Source: Deferribacter abyssi (GTDB lineage Bacteria; Chrysiogenota; Deferribacteres; Deferribacterales; Deferribacteraceae). Taken from it: DNA of 40,000 nucleotides. The DNA lies in the NCBI RefSeq assembly GCF_049472655.1, contig NZ_JAQNCS010000010.1:45392-85391 (forward strand), given 5' to 3'. A program made the translations under genes and the position numbers. This document shows, in pieces, positions 27,608 through 35,236 of the stretch. Positions within the stretch are counted from its first letter, which is position 1. Every line of letters starts with the position of its first letter. Under the pieces are notes generated by a model, which was not told the origin of the DNA, did not search any database, and worked only from the letters and a program-made list of their open reading frames with translations.

Positions 27608-27986
27608 ATTTGATTATAGCTTGTAAGATTGTTGATATGGAATTCATATGGTAAGTCATCACGCCTATAACTAAGGCAAATCCTGCAAAAATTAAGGAAA
27701 CCAGAGTAGCAAACATTACGATATTAAATTTTTTCAAATCTTTAAATTCAGATTTTATCTCCTTAAATTCTGATTTTATCTCTTTAATATCGGATTTGAT
27801 TTCAGAAATATCATCTTCTATGTGCTTAAACCTGGTGTCGATGTATTTTTCGAAATATTCTCCGGAATTAGCCATTGTGTTATCACCATTCTTGCTTTTA
27901 ATATAATATTTTTTAACTTTTTCTTCAACAATTTCTTCTATCTGTTTTAGCATTGGATGGTCATAAAGTTTTTTAGCTTTATTCAT
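27606..27986 (-). CDS. Coiled-coil protein with C-terminal TM anchor (heptad EIKSEFK repeats)
   Basis: 126 aa with the repeats DISEIKSDIKEIKSEFKEIKSEFKDLKK, then the TM helix IVMFATLVSLIFAGFALVIGVMTY. Its start overlaps the upstream gene by 8 nt. Confidence 0.6.
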   Translation of the reverse strand: MNKAKKLYDHPMLKQIEEIVEEKVKKYYIKSKNGDNTMANSGEYFEKYIDTRFKHIEDDISEIKSDIKEIKSEFKEIKSEFKDLKKFNIVMFATLVSLIFAGFALVIGVMTYHMNSISTILQAIIK

Positions 27987-28218
27987 CCTCTGGCTCCCGG
28001 AATATTGGATTTACAGATAAATCTAAGGCTGTAAAAAATACGTTTTTGCAGTCATTGCAAGTATACATATTCAGCGGAATATACATATCTTCCCATCTGG
28101 CTGGTGCTAAACCTGTTGTTTTTATAAACTCAAATTCATCATCGGTATTGACCAGAGTTTTTACTCCAACAGCTTTTGGTTTGGATATATTTTCAGAGCT
28201 GCAATAAGGACATTTCAT
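27979..28218 (-). CDS. Small zinc-ribbon protein
   Basis: 79 aa with CPYC...CNDC. AAGGAGG SD. It lies immediately downstream of the repressor gene. Confidence 0.6.
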   Translation of the reverse strand: MKCPYCSSENISKPKAVGVKTLVNTDDEFEFIKTTGLAPARWEDMYIPLNMYTCNDCKNVFFTALDLSVNPIFREPEDE

Positions 28219-28230
28219 GTTATCCTCCTT

Positions 28231-28800
28231 TTAAAAGTAATGTGTAAGTTGTTCGTAGAGGAGAGTCCAGAGTTCTTCATCGGTGATTTGGCGGGTAATG
28301 TATCTATCAAGGATGTCAGTGTTGGTGAGGATACGCTCAATTGATTTTGCGGATTCTGCCACTTTTTTATCTTTGAAATAAATATCTTTTAGTCTGTAAA
28401 GATAGTAAAAAGCTCTTTTTGTGGAGTGTCTTGGATATTTCCCAGCCAGATCGGCTTCTGTCGATACTTTTTTATAACTTCCAAAAATATTCTCTGGTGT
28501 TTCCTGGTAAGAGAGCTTGTGGAAAGACAATATAAACTCATTGATTTTCTTTTTAAAAGGTGGTTTTAATTCAGTATATTTTTTTATATATTCTGCGTCT
28601 TCTAATTGAATTTCATCAAAAAAATAACTTACAGGTACGTTTAAGGCTTTTGCAAGTTTTTTTATTGTTTCTATATCAGGTTCTCTTAATCCACTGATAT
28701 AATTAGCTAATCTTGAAGGACTTATTTCTAAAATATCAGCAATCTTTTTCTGTGTTAAATTTCTAAATTTGATAGCGTTTTTCAGTTTTTCATTAAACAT
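28231..28800 (-). CDS. cI-like repressor (XRE-type HTH, no S24 peptidase domain recognised)
   Basis: N-terminal HTH LTQKKIADILEISPSRLANYISGLREPDIETIKKLAKALNV. It is divergent from a Cro-like gene across an operator-rich spacer. No SD lies upstream of its ATG. Confidence 0.75.
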   Translation of the reverse strand: MFNEKLKNAIKFRNLTQKKIADILEISPSRLANYISGLREPDIETIKKLAKALNVPVSYFFDEIQLEDAEYIKKYTELKPPFKKKINEFILSFHKLSYQETPENIFGSYKKVSTEADLAGKYPRHSTKRAFYYLYRLKDIYFKDKKVAESAKSIERILTNTDILDRYITRQITDEELWTLLYEQLTHYF

Positions 28801-28820
28801 AATTTAAAACTATCATTATG

Positions 28821-28883
28821 TTCACAAAATGTAAATTCACTTTGTTTGAAATAAATCTTGATTTATTTCACGATACGTGTATA
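28821..28883. promoter_or_regulatory. Three operator-like TTCAC-N..-GT(G/A)A sites in the cI/cro intergenic region
   Basis: Sites: TTCACAAAATGTAAATT (28821), TTCACTTTGTTTGAAAT (28836) and TTCACGATACGTGTATA (28867). The third overlaps a rightward promoter candidate TTGATT(28858)-16-TATATT(28880). Confidence 0.4.
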
Positions 28884-28903
28884 TTTTTTGAGAGAGGTGT
28901 TTT

Positions 28904-29137
28904 GTGGATCTGAAAAAGAAATTACGTGAGGCGAATATTAAACAAAAAGAGTTGGCATCTTTGATGGGAGTTAAAGAATCCACATTGTCTATGTATCTCC
29001 ATAAGGAAAGAAAAGTTCCACTTGCTGTTTTGTTAAAAATGAAGATGGCGCTTAATGAGCTTGGTTTAAAAATTTCTCTTGAGGAACTGGCTTTATTTTT
29101 TACAGATAGTTCTGAGTTAACCACGGTGGAGCGGTAA
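28904..29137 (+). CDS. Cro-like HTH regulator
   Basis: 77 aa with a GTG start after GAGAGG. HTH segment IKQKELASLMGVKESTLSMYLHKERKVP. Confidence 0.7.
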   Translation: MDLKKKLREANIKQKELASLMGVKESTLSMYLHKERKVPLAVLLKMKMALNELGLKISLEELALFFTDSSELTTVER

Positions 29138-29179
29138 ATGGCCATCCTTCCTGTAGGTATATACATACATCCTCCCATT

Positions 29180-29240
29180 GCCTCGGCGCATTTTTTTCAA
29201 GGAACCTCCCATAAGATCTCCCCAGCGCCGAGGCTTTTTT
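29180..29240 (+). terminator. Hairpin with 10-bp GC-rich stem, 35-nt loop and T-tract (tR1-like position)
   Basis: GCCTCGGCGC (29180-29189) pairs with GCGCCGAGGC (29225-29234), followed by TTTTTTATT. Confidence 0.4.
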
Positions 29241-29325
29241 ATTATCTGGTTATTAAGATAAGCTATTTAAGCCATTTTTCCATCGTAAAGATGGTTAAAA
29301 ATACGAAGAATTGCGAGGTGCACTG

Positions 29326-29658
29326 ATGAAAGAAGATGTAAAGCTTCTGTCTTTTCACACTGAAAAAGGAAAAGAGTGTTTTGACATGATAACAAACTTG
29401 GCTCTTTGTGGTGCTGATAAAGATACAATAATTAAAGAAATTAAGAAGTTCTATGAAAATTTAAAAGAGCAAGATAATGGTCAAAAATTAGATTGGAATA
29501 AAAAGCAAGATGTTTTTACAGAGAGAGGAAGAGAATGCTTGGATATGATTAATATTTTAAAAGAAAACAATTTTTCAGAGAAAACAATAAAAATAGCGAT
29601 TTTTAAATATTGGATAAAAGAAGAGGTTAGTATTCGTGATGCCGATATTATTAAATAG
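29326..29658 (+). CDS. Hypothetical protein built of two ~45-aa repeats
   Basis: Repeat 1 is FHTEKGKECFDMITNL..DKDTIIKEIKKFY and repeat 2 is FTERGRECLDMINIL..SEKTIKIAIFKYW. GAGGTG SD. Confidence 0.55.
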   Translation: MKEDVKLLSFHTEKGKECFDMITNLALCGADKDTIIKEIKKFYENLKEQDNGQKLDWNKKQDVFTERGRECLDMINILKENNFSEKTIKIAIFKYWIKEEVSIRDADIIK

Positions 29659-29676
29659 AGGCGGTGTCTTACCGCC

Positions 29677-29871
29677 TTATTTGTTTTCGTTTAGCAGTTT
29701 TCCTTCTTCAAATAATGTGTATAATTCAGCAAATAAGGGTGCAATTTCTTTGGCATCCGCATTTGCTGAACCAGCGTATAGTTTTGTTAATTCCCAGGCA
29801 AAACCAAAGCTGTCCATTTTGCTATTTTTGACACGTTGCTTTAGTTTTGTTTTCAGTTCTTCTGATAACAT
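29677..29871 (-). CDS. Hypothetical 64-aa protein (lone minus-strand gene in the rightward operon)
   Basis: GGAGGTG SD 6 nt upstream. The composition is protein-like. A hairpin AGGCGGT-GTCTT-ACCGCCT (29658-29676) lies just downstream. Confidence 0.5.
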   Translation of the reverse strand: MLSEELKTKLKQRVKNSKMDSFGFAWELTKLYAGSANADAKEIAPLFAELYTLFEEGKLLNENK

Positions 29872-29958
29872 CTCCGCTCACCTCCATAAAATTTTTGCTG
29901 CTGACCATATATACATTATAGCAGGTGGGCGGAGTGCAATCAATAAAAGGGGGATGTG

Positions 29959-30411
29959 ATGTGTAAGGTTGGGCATAAGTATTTTGCTTCTGAAATTGCC
30001 TGCAGTTTATTCCAGGAAGCAAGAGAGAAAGGCTTTTCTAAAGAAGATCTGGCGGATTATTTAGGAGTAACTCCGAGAACTATCCAAGATTACACTATCG
30101 GACATGGATTGCCAAGTGCAGGTGTCATTTTTGGCGTTTGGAAGCTCGTGAAGCCTGTTAATACACTAAGAAGGCTTGCAGGCTATACGAACTGTATTGT
30201 TGTAGAGCTTCCTGAAGACAAATCAGGGAAATTGTCAAAAGTGGCCAAACTCACAGCTGAGATTATGAAAGAAAATGCTGATGTGATAAATGGTGTGGCC
30301 GAAGCTATTGAAGATGGCAAGCTTACCAGAACCGAAAAATTGCACCTAATAGATGAAGTGGATGAGGCAATCGAAGCGTTGATGAGGTTGCGAGTATCCC
30401 TTGAGGATTAG
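29959..30411 (+). CDS. CII-like / HTH regulatory protein
   Basis: HTH FSKEDLADYLGVTPRTIQDYT. The C-terminal block AEAIEDGKLTRTEKLHLIDEVDEAIEALMRLR resembles phage CII (CP76-type) regulators as I remember them. Confidence 0.5.
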   Translation: MCKVGHKYFASEIACSLFQEAREKGFSKEDLADYLGVTPRTIQDYTIGHGLPSAGVIFGVWKLVKPVNTLRRLAGYTNCIVVELPEDKSGKLSKVAKLTAEIMKENADVINGVAEAIEDGKLTRTEKLHLIDEVDEAIEALMRLRVSLED

Positions 30412-30492
30412 CGATAGATAGAATTTATAACAGAGGGGCGGAGATGTAAATATCCGCTGAAATTTTGAGAGTGACAATTAAGGAGCAATGCG

Positions 30493-30714
30493 ATGAAAAT
30501 TTCGTCAATATTTTTGTGTCCAAAAACAGAAAGTCTGGCGCAAGAACCGACTTTTATTGATTTTTTGGTAGATAGAATCAGGGAGTTAAGGAAACGAGGA
30601 GCAAAATTCACATACAAAGATTACGAGTTATACAAATCGCTCCTACCACCAAATTTATCACCGGATGAATATGAAAAATCTATAGCAAAGCTATCAAAAG
30701 CACTTGGAATATAG
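30493..30714 (+). CDS. Hypothetical 73-aa protein
   Basis: ORF in the operon orientation with an AAGGAG SD. No family recognised. Confidence 0.45.
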   Translation: MKISSIFLCPKTESLAQEPTFIDFLVDRIRELRKRGAKFTYKDYELYKSLLPPNLSPDEYEKSIAKLSKALGI

Positions 30715-30723
30715 GAGGATGTC

Positions 30724-31545
30724 ATGGAAGGGTGGATTAAGGATTGGAGACAAGAGATTGAAAGTCAAATTTGGCAAATGCCACCATTGTATTACAAGGT
30801 TTGGCAGTATCTGAAATACAGCGCTAATTACGAGGACATAGAAGTGCCAGCAAAAGATGGAAGCTCAACTGTGATTAAGAGAGGTCAAATTTTGACAACT
30901 TTGAGAAAAATTGCAGAAGATGTAGGATGGTATGAGCGAGGCGTTTTTAAGAAACCTTCACCGTCAATGATTTCAAAAATTTTAGACTGGCTTAAGAAAA
31001 ACGATATGATAACCGTTGAGGTTGTGAACAGTTCGAAAACAGTAATAACTATTTGTAACTACGATAAATTCCAGTCTACAAACCAAGAGGTTGTGAACAG
31101 TTTGAGAACAGATTGTGAACACACCTATAAGAAAGAAAAGAAATATAATAATATAATAAATAATAATATATATACTTCGAACGAAAGTTCGAAGGTTGTA
31201 AGTCTTGAAAAGAAAATTTCTAAGGGAGAATCAAAAAAAGAAAAATACGACGAAGAATTTGAAAAAATATGGGCTGGATATAGAAAAAATGCAGTAGAAA
31301 CTTTACCTGGCAGTAAAAAAGAAGCTTATAAAGAATTTAAAAAACTACTCAAAAAACACGACATTGAAACCATCAAGGACCATATCAGGTATTATCTCAT
31401 AGATTGTAAGCGAACCGGAACTAAGACAAAACAACTCGTTAACTTCCTAAAAAAAGAAGATTTCGATACTCCAGTTGAAGAGCTTTACGAATCAGCCAGA
31501 AGGAAAAAGCAAGAGCAGGAAATTAAAATCAGGGTGCTCGGATAA
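30724..31545 (+). CDS. Replication initiator / replisome organiser (winged-helix N-terminus)
   Basis: The N-terminal block WQMPPLYYKVWQYLKYSANY...IKRGQILTTLRKIAEDVGW is typical of phage replication proteins. The gene contains iterons plus an AT-rich tract, and lies directly upstream of dnaB. Confidence 0.65.
   Translation: MEGWIKDWRQEIESQIWQMPPLYYKVWQYLKYSANYEDIEVPAKDGSSTVIKRGQILTTLRKIAEDVGWYERGVFKKPSPSMISKILDWLKKNDMITVEVVNSSKTVITICNYDKFQSTNQEVVNSLRTDCEHTYKKEKKYNNIINNNIYTSNESSKVVSLEKKISKGESKKEKYDEEFEKIWAGYRKNAVETLPGSKKEAYKEFKKLLKKHDIETIKDHIRYYLIDCKRTGTKTKQLVNFLKKEDFDTPVEELYESARRKKQEQEIKIRVLG
31018..31194. repeat. Putative origin: iterons + AT-rich tract + palindrome inside the initiator gene
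   Basis: GAGGTTGTGAACAGTT occurs at 31018 and 31087 (25-mers with 2 mismatches). A partial copy ATTGTGAACAC lies at 31112. The tract at ~31126-31175 is almost pure A/T. The palindrome CTTCGAAC-GAAA-GTTCGAAG spans 31175-31194. Confidence 0.5.
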
Positions 31546-32855
31546 TGTCCGTAAAAACCAAAAACAGAGTATTTGACCAGGTAGCCGAGGATGCTGTGAT
31601 TGCAAGTATCTTGGTTGAGCCTAAATCTTTACTCAAGATTTACGGATATCTTTCACCTTCTGATTTTTACAATCCTTCTGCAAGAGAAGTTTTCAAGGCC
31701 TGTCTAAGCTTGAAGGCCGAAGGTAAAGCAATTGATATTGTTACGGTAAATGAAAAAACAGAAAACAAATATCTCGATTATATAGCTTCCGTATCGGACA
31801 TTTTGGCTACTGGAATACAAATCAAAGAATATGCAAAGATTGTCAAAAAATATGCAAATTACAGGCGGTTCCAGGAAGCTCTTGATAGGGCGAAAGAGAT
31901 ATTACCTGATGAGCTTGAGGATAAATTAACCAAAGTTGTGGGGTACTTGAGAGATATTGCAACATCAGAAGCACAGGATTTTGTGTTTAAATTTTCAGAT
32001 GTAAAAGATGAAATTCTTGAGCAGATTCACAAAATCAGGGCTGGCCAAATTATCGGATATAAAACCGGTATTTATAGTATAGATTCTCTCTTTCTTGGTA
32101 TTCAGTCAGGGCTTTATATCGTAGCTGGCAGGCCTCACATGGGAAAAACTACTTTCAGTCTGAGGTTAGCAATCCAACTGGCAAGGAACGGATGCAGGGT
32201 GCTTTACTGTCCTCTTGAGGATCCGAATGAAGCCGTAATGAAAAAGAATATAGCTCTTTTGATGGGGATGGATTTGAGAGGGCTTTATAAAACGAAATAT
32301 GCGAAAGCAGAGCTTGATGAAGCGGTAAGAGAGTTTGAAAAACTGCCCATTAAGTTTGCCTGGAGAAAATTTACGGCAAAGCAGCTGAGATACTACGTTG
32401 AAGCATACAGAGAGGATTTTGACTGTGTGTTTATTGACCAGCTCAGCCATATTATTCCGGAAGATGAGAAGGACCAGCTGAGGATCCAGCTCAATAAGTC
32501 GATTCGTGAAATAAAATCCATGTCAAAAGAGCTTAAAATGCCTGTTTTTCTGCTCAGCCAGATAAACAGGAGCGTGGAGCACAGACAAGAAAAAAGGCCT
32601 TTGCTTTCGGATCTGAAAGAAACCGGAAATCTTGAAGAAGATGCGGATGTGATAATGCTCTTATACCGGGATGAGTATTACAACAAAAATTCCAAATATA
32701 AAGACATTCTCGAAGTAAATATCGCAAAAAACAAGCTTACTGATGAGAAAACCACGCTTTATTTCAAAGAGCAGGACAAAAGGCTTGTAAGTGTAACAAT
32801 CGATGGCCAGGTGGTGCCTGAGCCTGAAGAAGATACAGATGATGTGGGATTTTAG
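31545..32855 (+). CDS. dnaB: Replicative DNA helicase (DnaB family)
   Basis: Walker A GRPHMGKTTFSLRLA, then LSQINRSVEHRQEKRPLLSDLKETGNLEEDADVIMLLYRDEYY. Confidence 0.9.
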   Translation: MSVKTKNRVFDQVAEDAVIASILVEPKSLLKIYGYLSPSDFYNPSAREVFKACLSLKAEGKAIDIVTVNEKTENKYLDYIASVSDILATGIQIKEYAKIVKKYANYRRFQEALDRAKEILPDELEDKLTKVVGYLRDIATSEAQDFVFKFSDVKDEILEQIHKIRAGQIIGYKTGIYSIDSLFLGIQSGLYIVAGRPHMGKTTFSLRLAIQLARNGCRVLYCPLEDPNEAVMKKNIALLMGMDLRGLYKTKYAKAELDEAVREFEKLPIKFAWRKFTAKQLRYYVEAYREDFDCVFIDQLSHIIPEDEKDQLRIQLNKSIREIKSMSKELKMPVFLLSQINRSVEHRQEKRPLLSDLKETGNLEEDADVIMLLYRDEYYNKNSKYKDILEVNIAKNKLTDEKTTLYFKEQDKRLVSVTIDGQVVPEPEEDTDDVGF

Positions 32856-32865
32856 GAGGTGAGCT

Positions 32866-33243
32866 ATGGTGAATAAATTTATCGGCATTGGCAGAGCAAC
32901 AAGGGATGCAAAGACATTTTACACTCCGGGAAACTCTGTTGCTGTAACTGAGTTTGGCTTTGCAATGAGTGATCGTTACAAAAAAGGGGATGAGTCGGTT
33001 GAGCAAACCTGTTTTATCGATGTGAAATCGTTTGGCAAGATGGGTGAAATTGTGGAGCAGTATGTCAAGAAAGGGAAATTGCTCTACATTGAAGGCAAGC
33101 TGGCTTATCACAGATGGGAAAAAAATGGTCATAAATTCCAAAAGCATGAAGTTATTTTACAGAAAATCAGGTTTCTGGAGAAAAAATCTCAAGATGAGCC
33201 TGATATGGTGGAAGAAGAAAACACAGAAGATGTCCCATTTTAG
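32866..33243 (+). CDS. ssb: Single-stranded DNA-binding protein
   Basis: OB-fold N-terminus NKFIGIGRATRDAK and an acidic tail ending EDVPF (compare DDDIPF). Confidence 0.85.
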   Translation: MVNKFIGIGRATRDAKTFYTPGNSVAVTEFGFAMSDRYKKGDESVEQTCFIDVKSFGKMGEIVEQYVKKGKLLYIEGKLAYHRWEKNGHKFQKHEVILQKIRFLEKKSQDEPDMVEEENTEDVPF

Positions 33244-33252
33244 GAGTAAATA

Positions 33253-33552
33253 ATGGAAATGAAAGAGAAAATTTTGAAAAGGTTGAAGGAGCTGCTGGAT
33301 GAGTTTAACAGGCATCTTGGCGGTGCAGCTCATGTTTACTTGAAAATCAGGCATGAAGCAAAACAGGTAATTGCAAAGCGTGGGCTGGAAAATGATGAGG
33401 ATATTGTGCGTATGTTTGAAGCTTTTGATGAGAGTCTAAAGAGTTTTGCTGGAGTACTTGAGGATAAAATTTGTTTTGAAGTGATTGAGCAGATAGAAGG
33501 TGCTTTCAATGGAATGATTGCTGGAGTTCAAATAGGAGCAGATGATGTTTGA
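33253..33552 (+). CDS. Hypothetical 99-aa protein
   Basis: ORF in the operon orientation. No family recognised. Confidence 0.5.
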   Translation: MEMKEKILKRLKELLDEFNRHLGGAAHVYLKIRHEAKQVIAKRGLENDEDIVRMFEAFDESLKSFAGVLEDKICFEVIEQIEGAFNGMIAGVQIGADDV

Positions 33553-34405
33553 GATGAAAATAAAAACGGAAGGCATTCCGGAGCTTTTAAATTTTCTTGA
33601 CAGTAAAAATGTCCGTAAGGCGATTAGAAACACAATCAATGATACACTATTCGAACTTAAGGGAACCAGAAAGAAAGAAGGAACACTCGTTGAAGCGATG
33701 GCTAAGAGATTTGATAGACCGAGAATGTCTTTTTTAAGAAGGGCTTTTCGGGTGGAAAAAGCTTCTGATACAAAACTTCAAGGGAGTATTGCTTTAAGAG
33801 ATGATTCATTGGGAAAAGGTAGTAGGTTTATCGATGTTTACGGCCATCATTTCACAGGCGGGGAAAGACCTGAAAAGCGTTTCGAGTTGGCCTTACAGCA
33901 TTTTGGAATAATAGGCAAGCATGAGCGGGTTGTGATGGGAAAATATATGCCAAAGGATCAATACGGCAATTTTTCTGCTGGCTTTTATACCAAACTCATG
34001 TCTTATCTCAGATTACATTGGAAAGCTGGATATGCGGCAAATATGACTGATTACAGACGGAGCAAGGTAGAAAAGAAAAAATTAGTTAAGTACGGTAAAG
34101 GTAAAAATGCTCCTAAATATATGACTTATAAAGGCAAAGCATACTTTATCATCACGAAGCACACATTAAGCCGTGGTGGAAGATTTAAAAGTCATCTACA
34201 TCCAGGTATCTATGAAAAGACAGGCATACACGGTTTTGAAATTAAACCTGTATTACTGTTTGTGAGTAAGGCTGTATATAAAAAGATTTTTGACATAGAC
34301 GAGCTTGCTAATAGATTGATTGATAAGGAAGAGTTCCAAGCAAAACTTTGGAAAAATTATTTATACCTGGCAAAGAGAAAAAGGAATCGTGGGTCCTTCC
34401 GATAA
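33542..34405 (+). CDS. Hypothetical 287-aa basic protein
   Basis: ORF in the operon orientation. The N-terminus faintly recalls HK97-gp10-like morphogenesis proteins, but I cannot support that call. Confidence 0.5.
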   Translation: MMFEMKIKTEGIPELLNFLDSKNVRKAIRNTINDTLFELKGTRKKEGTLVEAMAKRFDRPRMSFLRRAFRVEKASDTKLQGSIALRDDSLGKGSRFIDVYGHHFTGGERPEKRFELALQHFGIIGKHERVVMGKYMPKDQYGNFSAGFYTKLMSYLRLHWKAGYAANMTDYRRSKVEKKKLVKYGKGKNAPKYMTYKGKAYFIITKHTLSRGGRFKSHLHPGIYEKTGIHGFEIKPVLLFVSKAVYKKIFDIDELANRLIDKEEFQAKLWKNYLYLAKRKRNRGSFR

Positions 34406-34470
34406 ACCCAGCGAGTAGGGTAATGTAAACCTCGGGGGTTCGGAGTTTTTTTGGAGAGAGGAGAAGTGGA

Positions 34471-34992
34471 ATGATGAAAGTTGTTGATAAGAAAGAAAAG
34501 ATGGAGAAAGGGATAGATGACTTATTAGGAGATAGGCACGAATGGGTAGATATGGAAAAAAAGGAAATTGGCAATGGTGAAAATCAAACTGGAGCAAGGA
34601 TTGCAAAAAGAACATTTAAGCCGGGTGTGGTTGTGAGTGAGTTTGATGTGAATTTTCTCGATGAGGGGAAATGCAGGAAATATTTGCTGGAGATTTTTTA
34701 TCCAGAAGGGGCAAGGTGTCCGATTTGTGGGAAGCTTGTGCCGGAGAAAAGCGTGCAAAGATTTTGGGAAAACAAAAAAATGAAGTGTCCATATTGCGGG
34801 AAATTTTATTTTGCTACATCGAAGACAGTGCTTTCTGCCAAGAAATTGAGTTTCAGGCAGATTTATTTGATTGCTCTTTTTTTAGGACTTGGGGTTAATC
34901 CTTACAAAATAGCTGAATTGGTGGGATGCGATAAAAAGATCGTTTACTACTGGCGTGGGTATTTTGAAGGCCTGGAGGTTAAGCATGGGTAG
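34471..34992 (+). CDS. Zinc-ribbon/HTH protein (IS1595-type Zn-ribbon-like N-region)
   Basis: Motif CRKYLLEIFYPEGARCPICG...KCPYCGKFY, followed by an HTH-like PYKIAELVGCDKKIVYYW. GGAGAGAGGAG SD. Confidence 0.5.
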   Translation: MMKVVDKKEKMEKGIDDLLGDRHEWVDMEKKEIGNGENQTGARIAKRTFKPGVVVSEFDVNFLDEGKCRKYLLEIFYPEGARCPICGKLVPEKSVQRFWENKKMKCPYCGKFYFATSKTVLSAKKLSFRQIYLIALFLGLGVNPYKIAELVGCDKKIVYYWRGYFEGLEVKHG

Positions 34993-35236
34993 AGTGAGGT
35001 GGCATTTTCCAAAGGTGGCAATACAGGAGACTGCTGGCAGGCAGGCGATGAAAATCATTGAAGAAGTGATGGAGTTTGTAAAGGCAAAGGATGATTTGGA
35101 GAGATGTGTTGAGGCGTGCGATATATTACATGCTGTAGAAACACTTATTCGTCAAAATTTCGACAATTATACTTTTAGAAAGGCCAAACGTATTGTCATC
35201 GCCAAGAATGAAGCAAGGGGCTACTATGAGGACTAA
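34985..35236 (+). CDS. Hypothetical 83-aa protein (weakly MazG-like helices)
   Basis: Its ATG overlaps the upstream stop. The segment IIEEVMEFVKAKDD..CVEACDILHAVETLIR is suggestive only. Confidence 0.35.
   Translation: MGRVRWHFPKVAIQETAGRQAMKIIEEVMEFVKAKDDLERCVEACDILHAVETLIRQNFDNYTFRKAKRIVIAKNEARGYYED

Noticed and set aside
27571-27654. 27-codon ORF (MSGGPHKKLGLFYLII...) with a strong TAGGAGGTG SD right at the IS-fragment boundary.
   Set aside because: It runs through the terminator hairpin and is antisense to the 3' end of the 126-aa gene. It is probably the orphaned 5' end of a gene destroyed by rearrangement, so coding cannot be supported.
27742-27803. Tandem 21-nt repeats as a possible CRISPR-like or regulatory array.
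   Set aside because: The period is a multiple of 3, the units lie inside a good ORF, and there are no spacers. They are coding heptad repeats.
28837-29326. ORFs 28837-29178 (-) and 29138-29326 (+).
   Set aside because: The first is antisense to the Cro-like gene and the operator region. The second spans the large hairpin and U-tract. Neither has an SD or a protein-like composition.
29636-30022. ORFs 29636-29959 (+) and 29822-30022 (-).
   Set aside because: These are S/F-rich shadow frames opposite the SD-preceded 64-aa gene and the promoter region of the CII-like gene.
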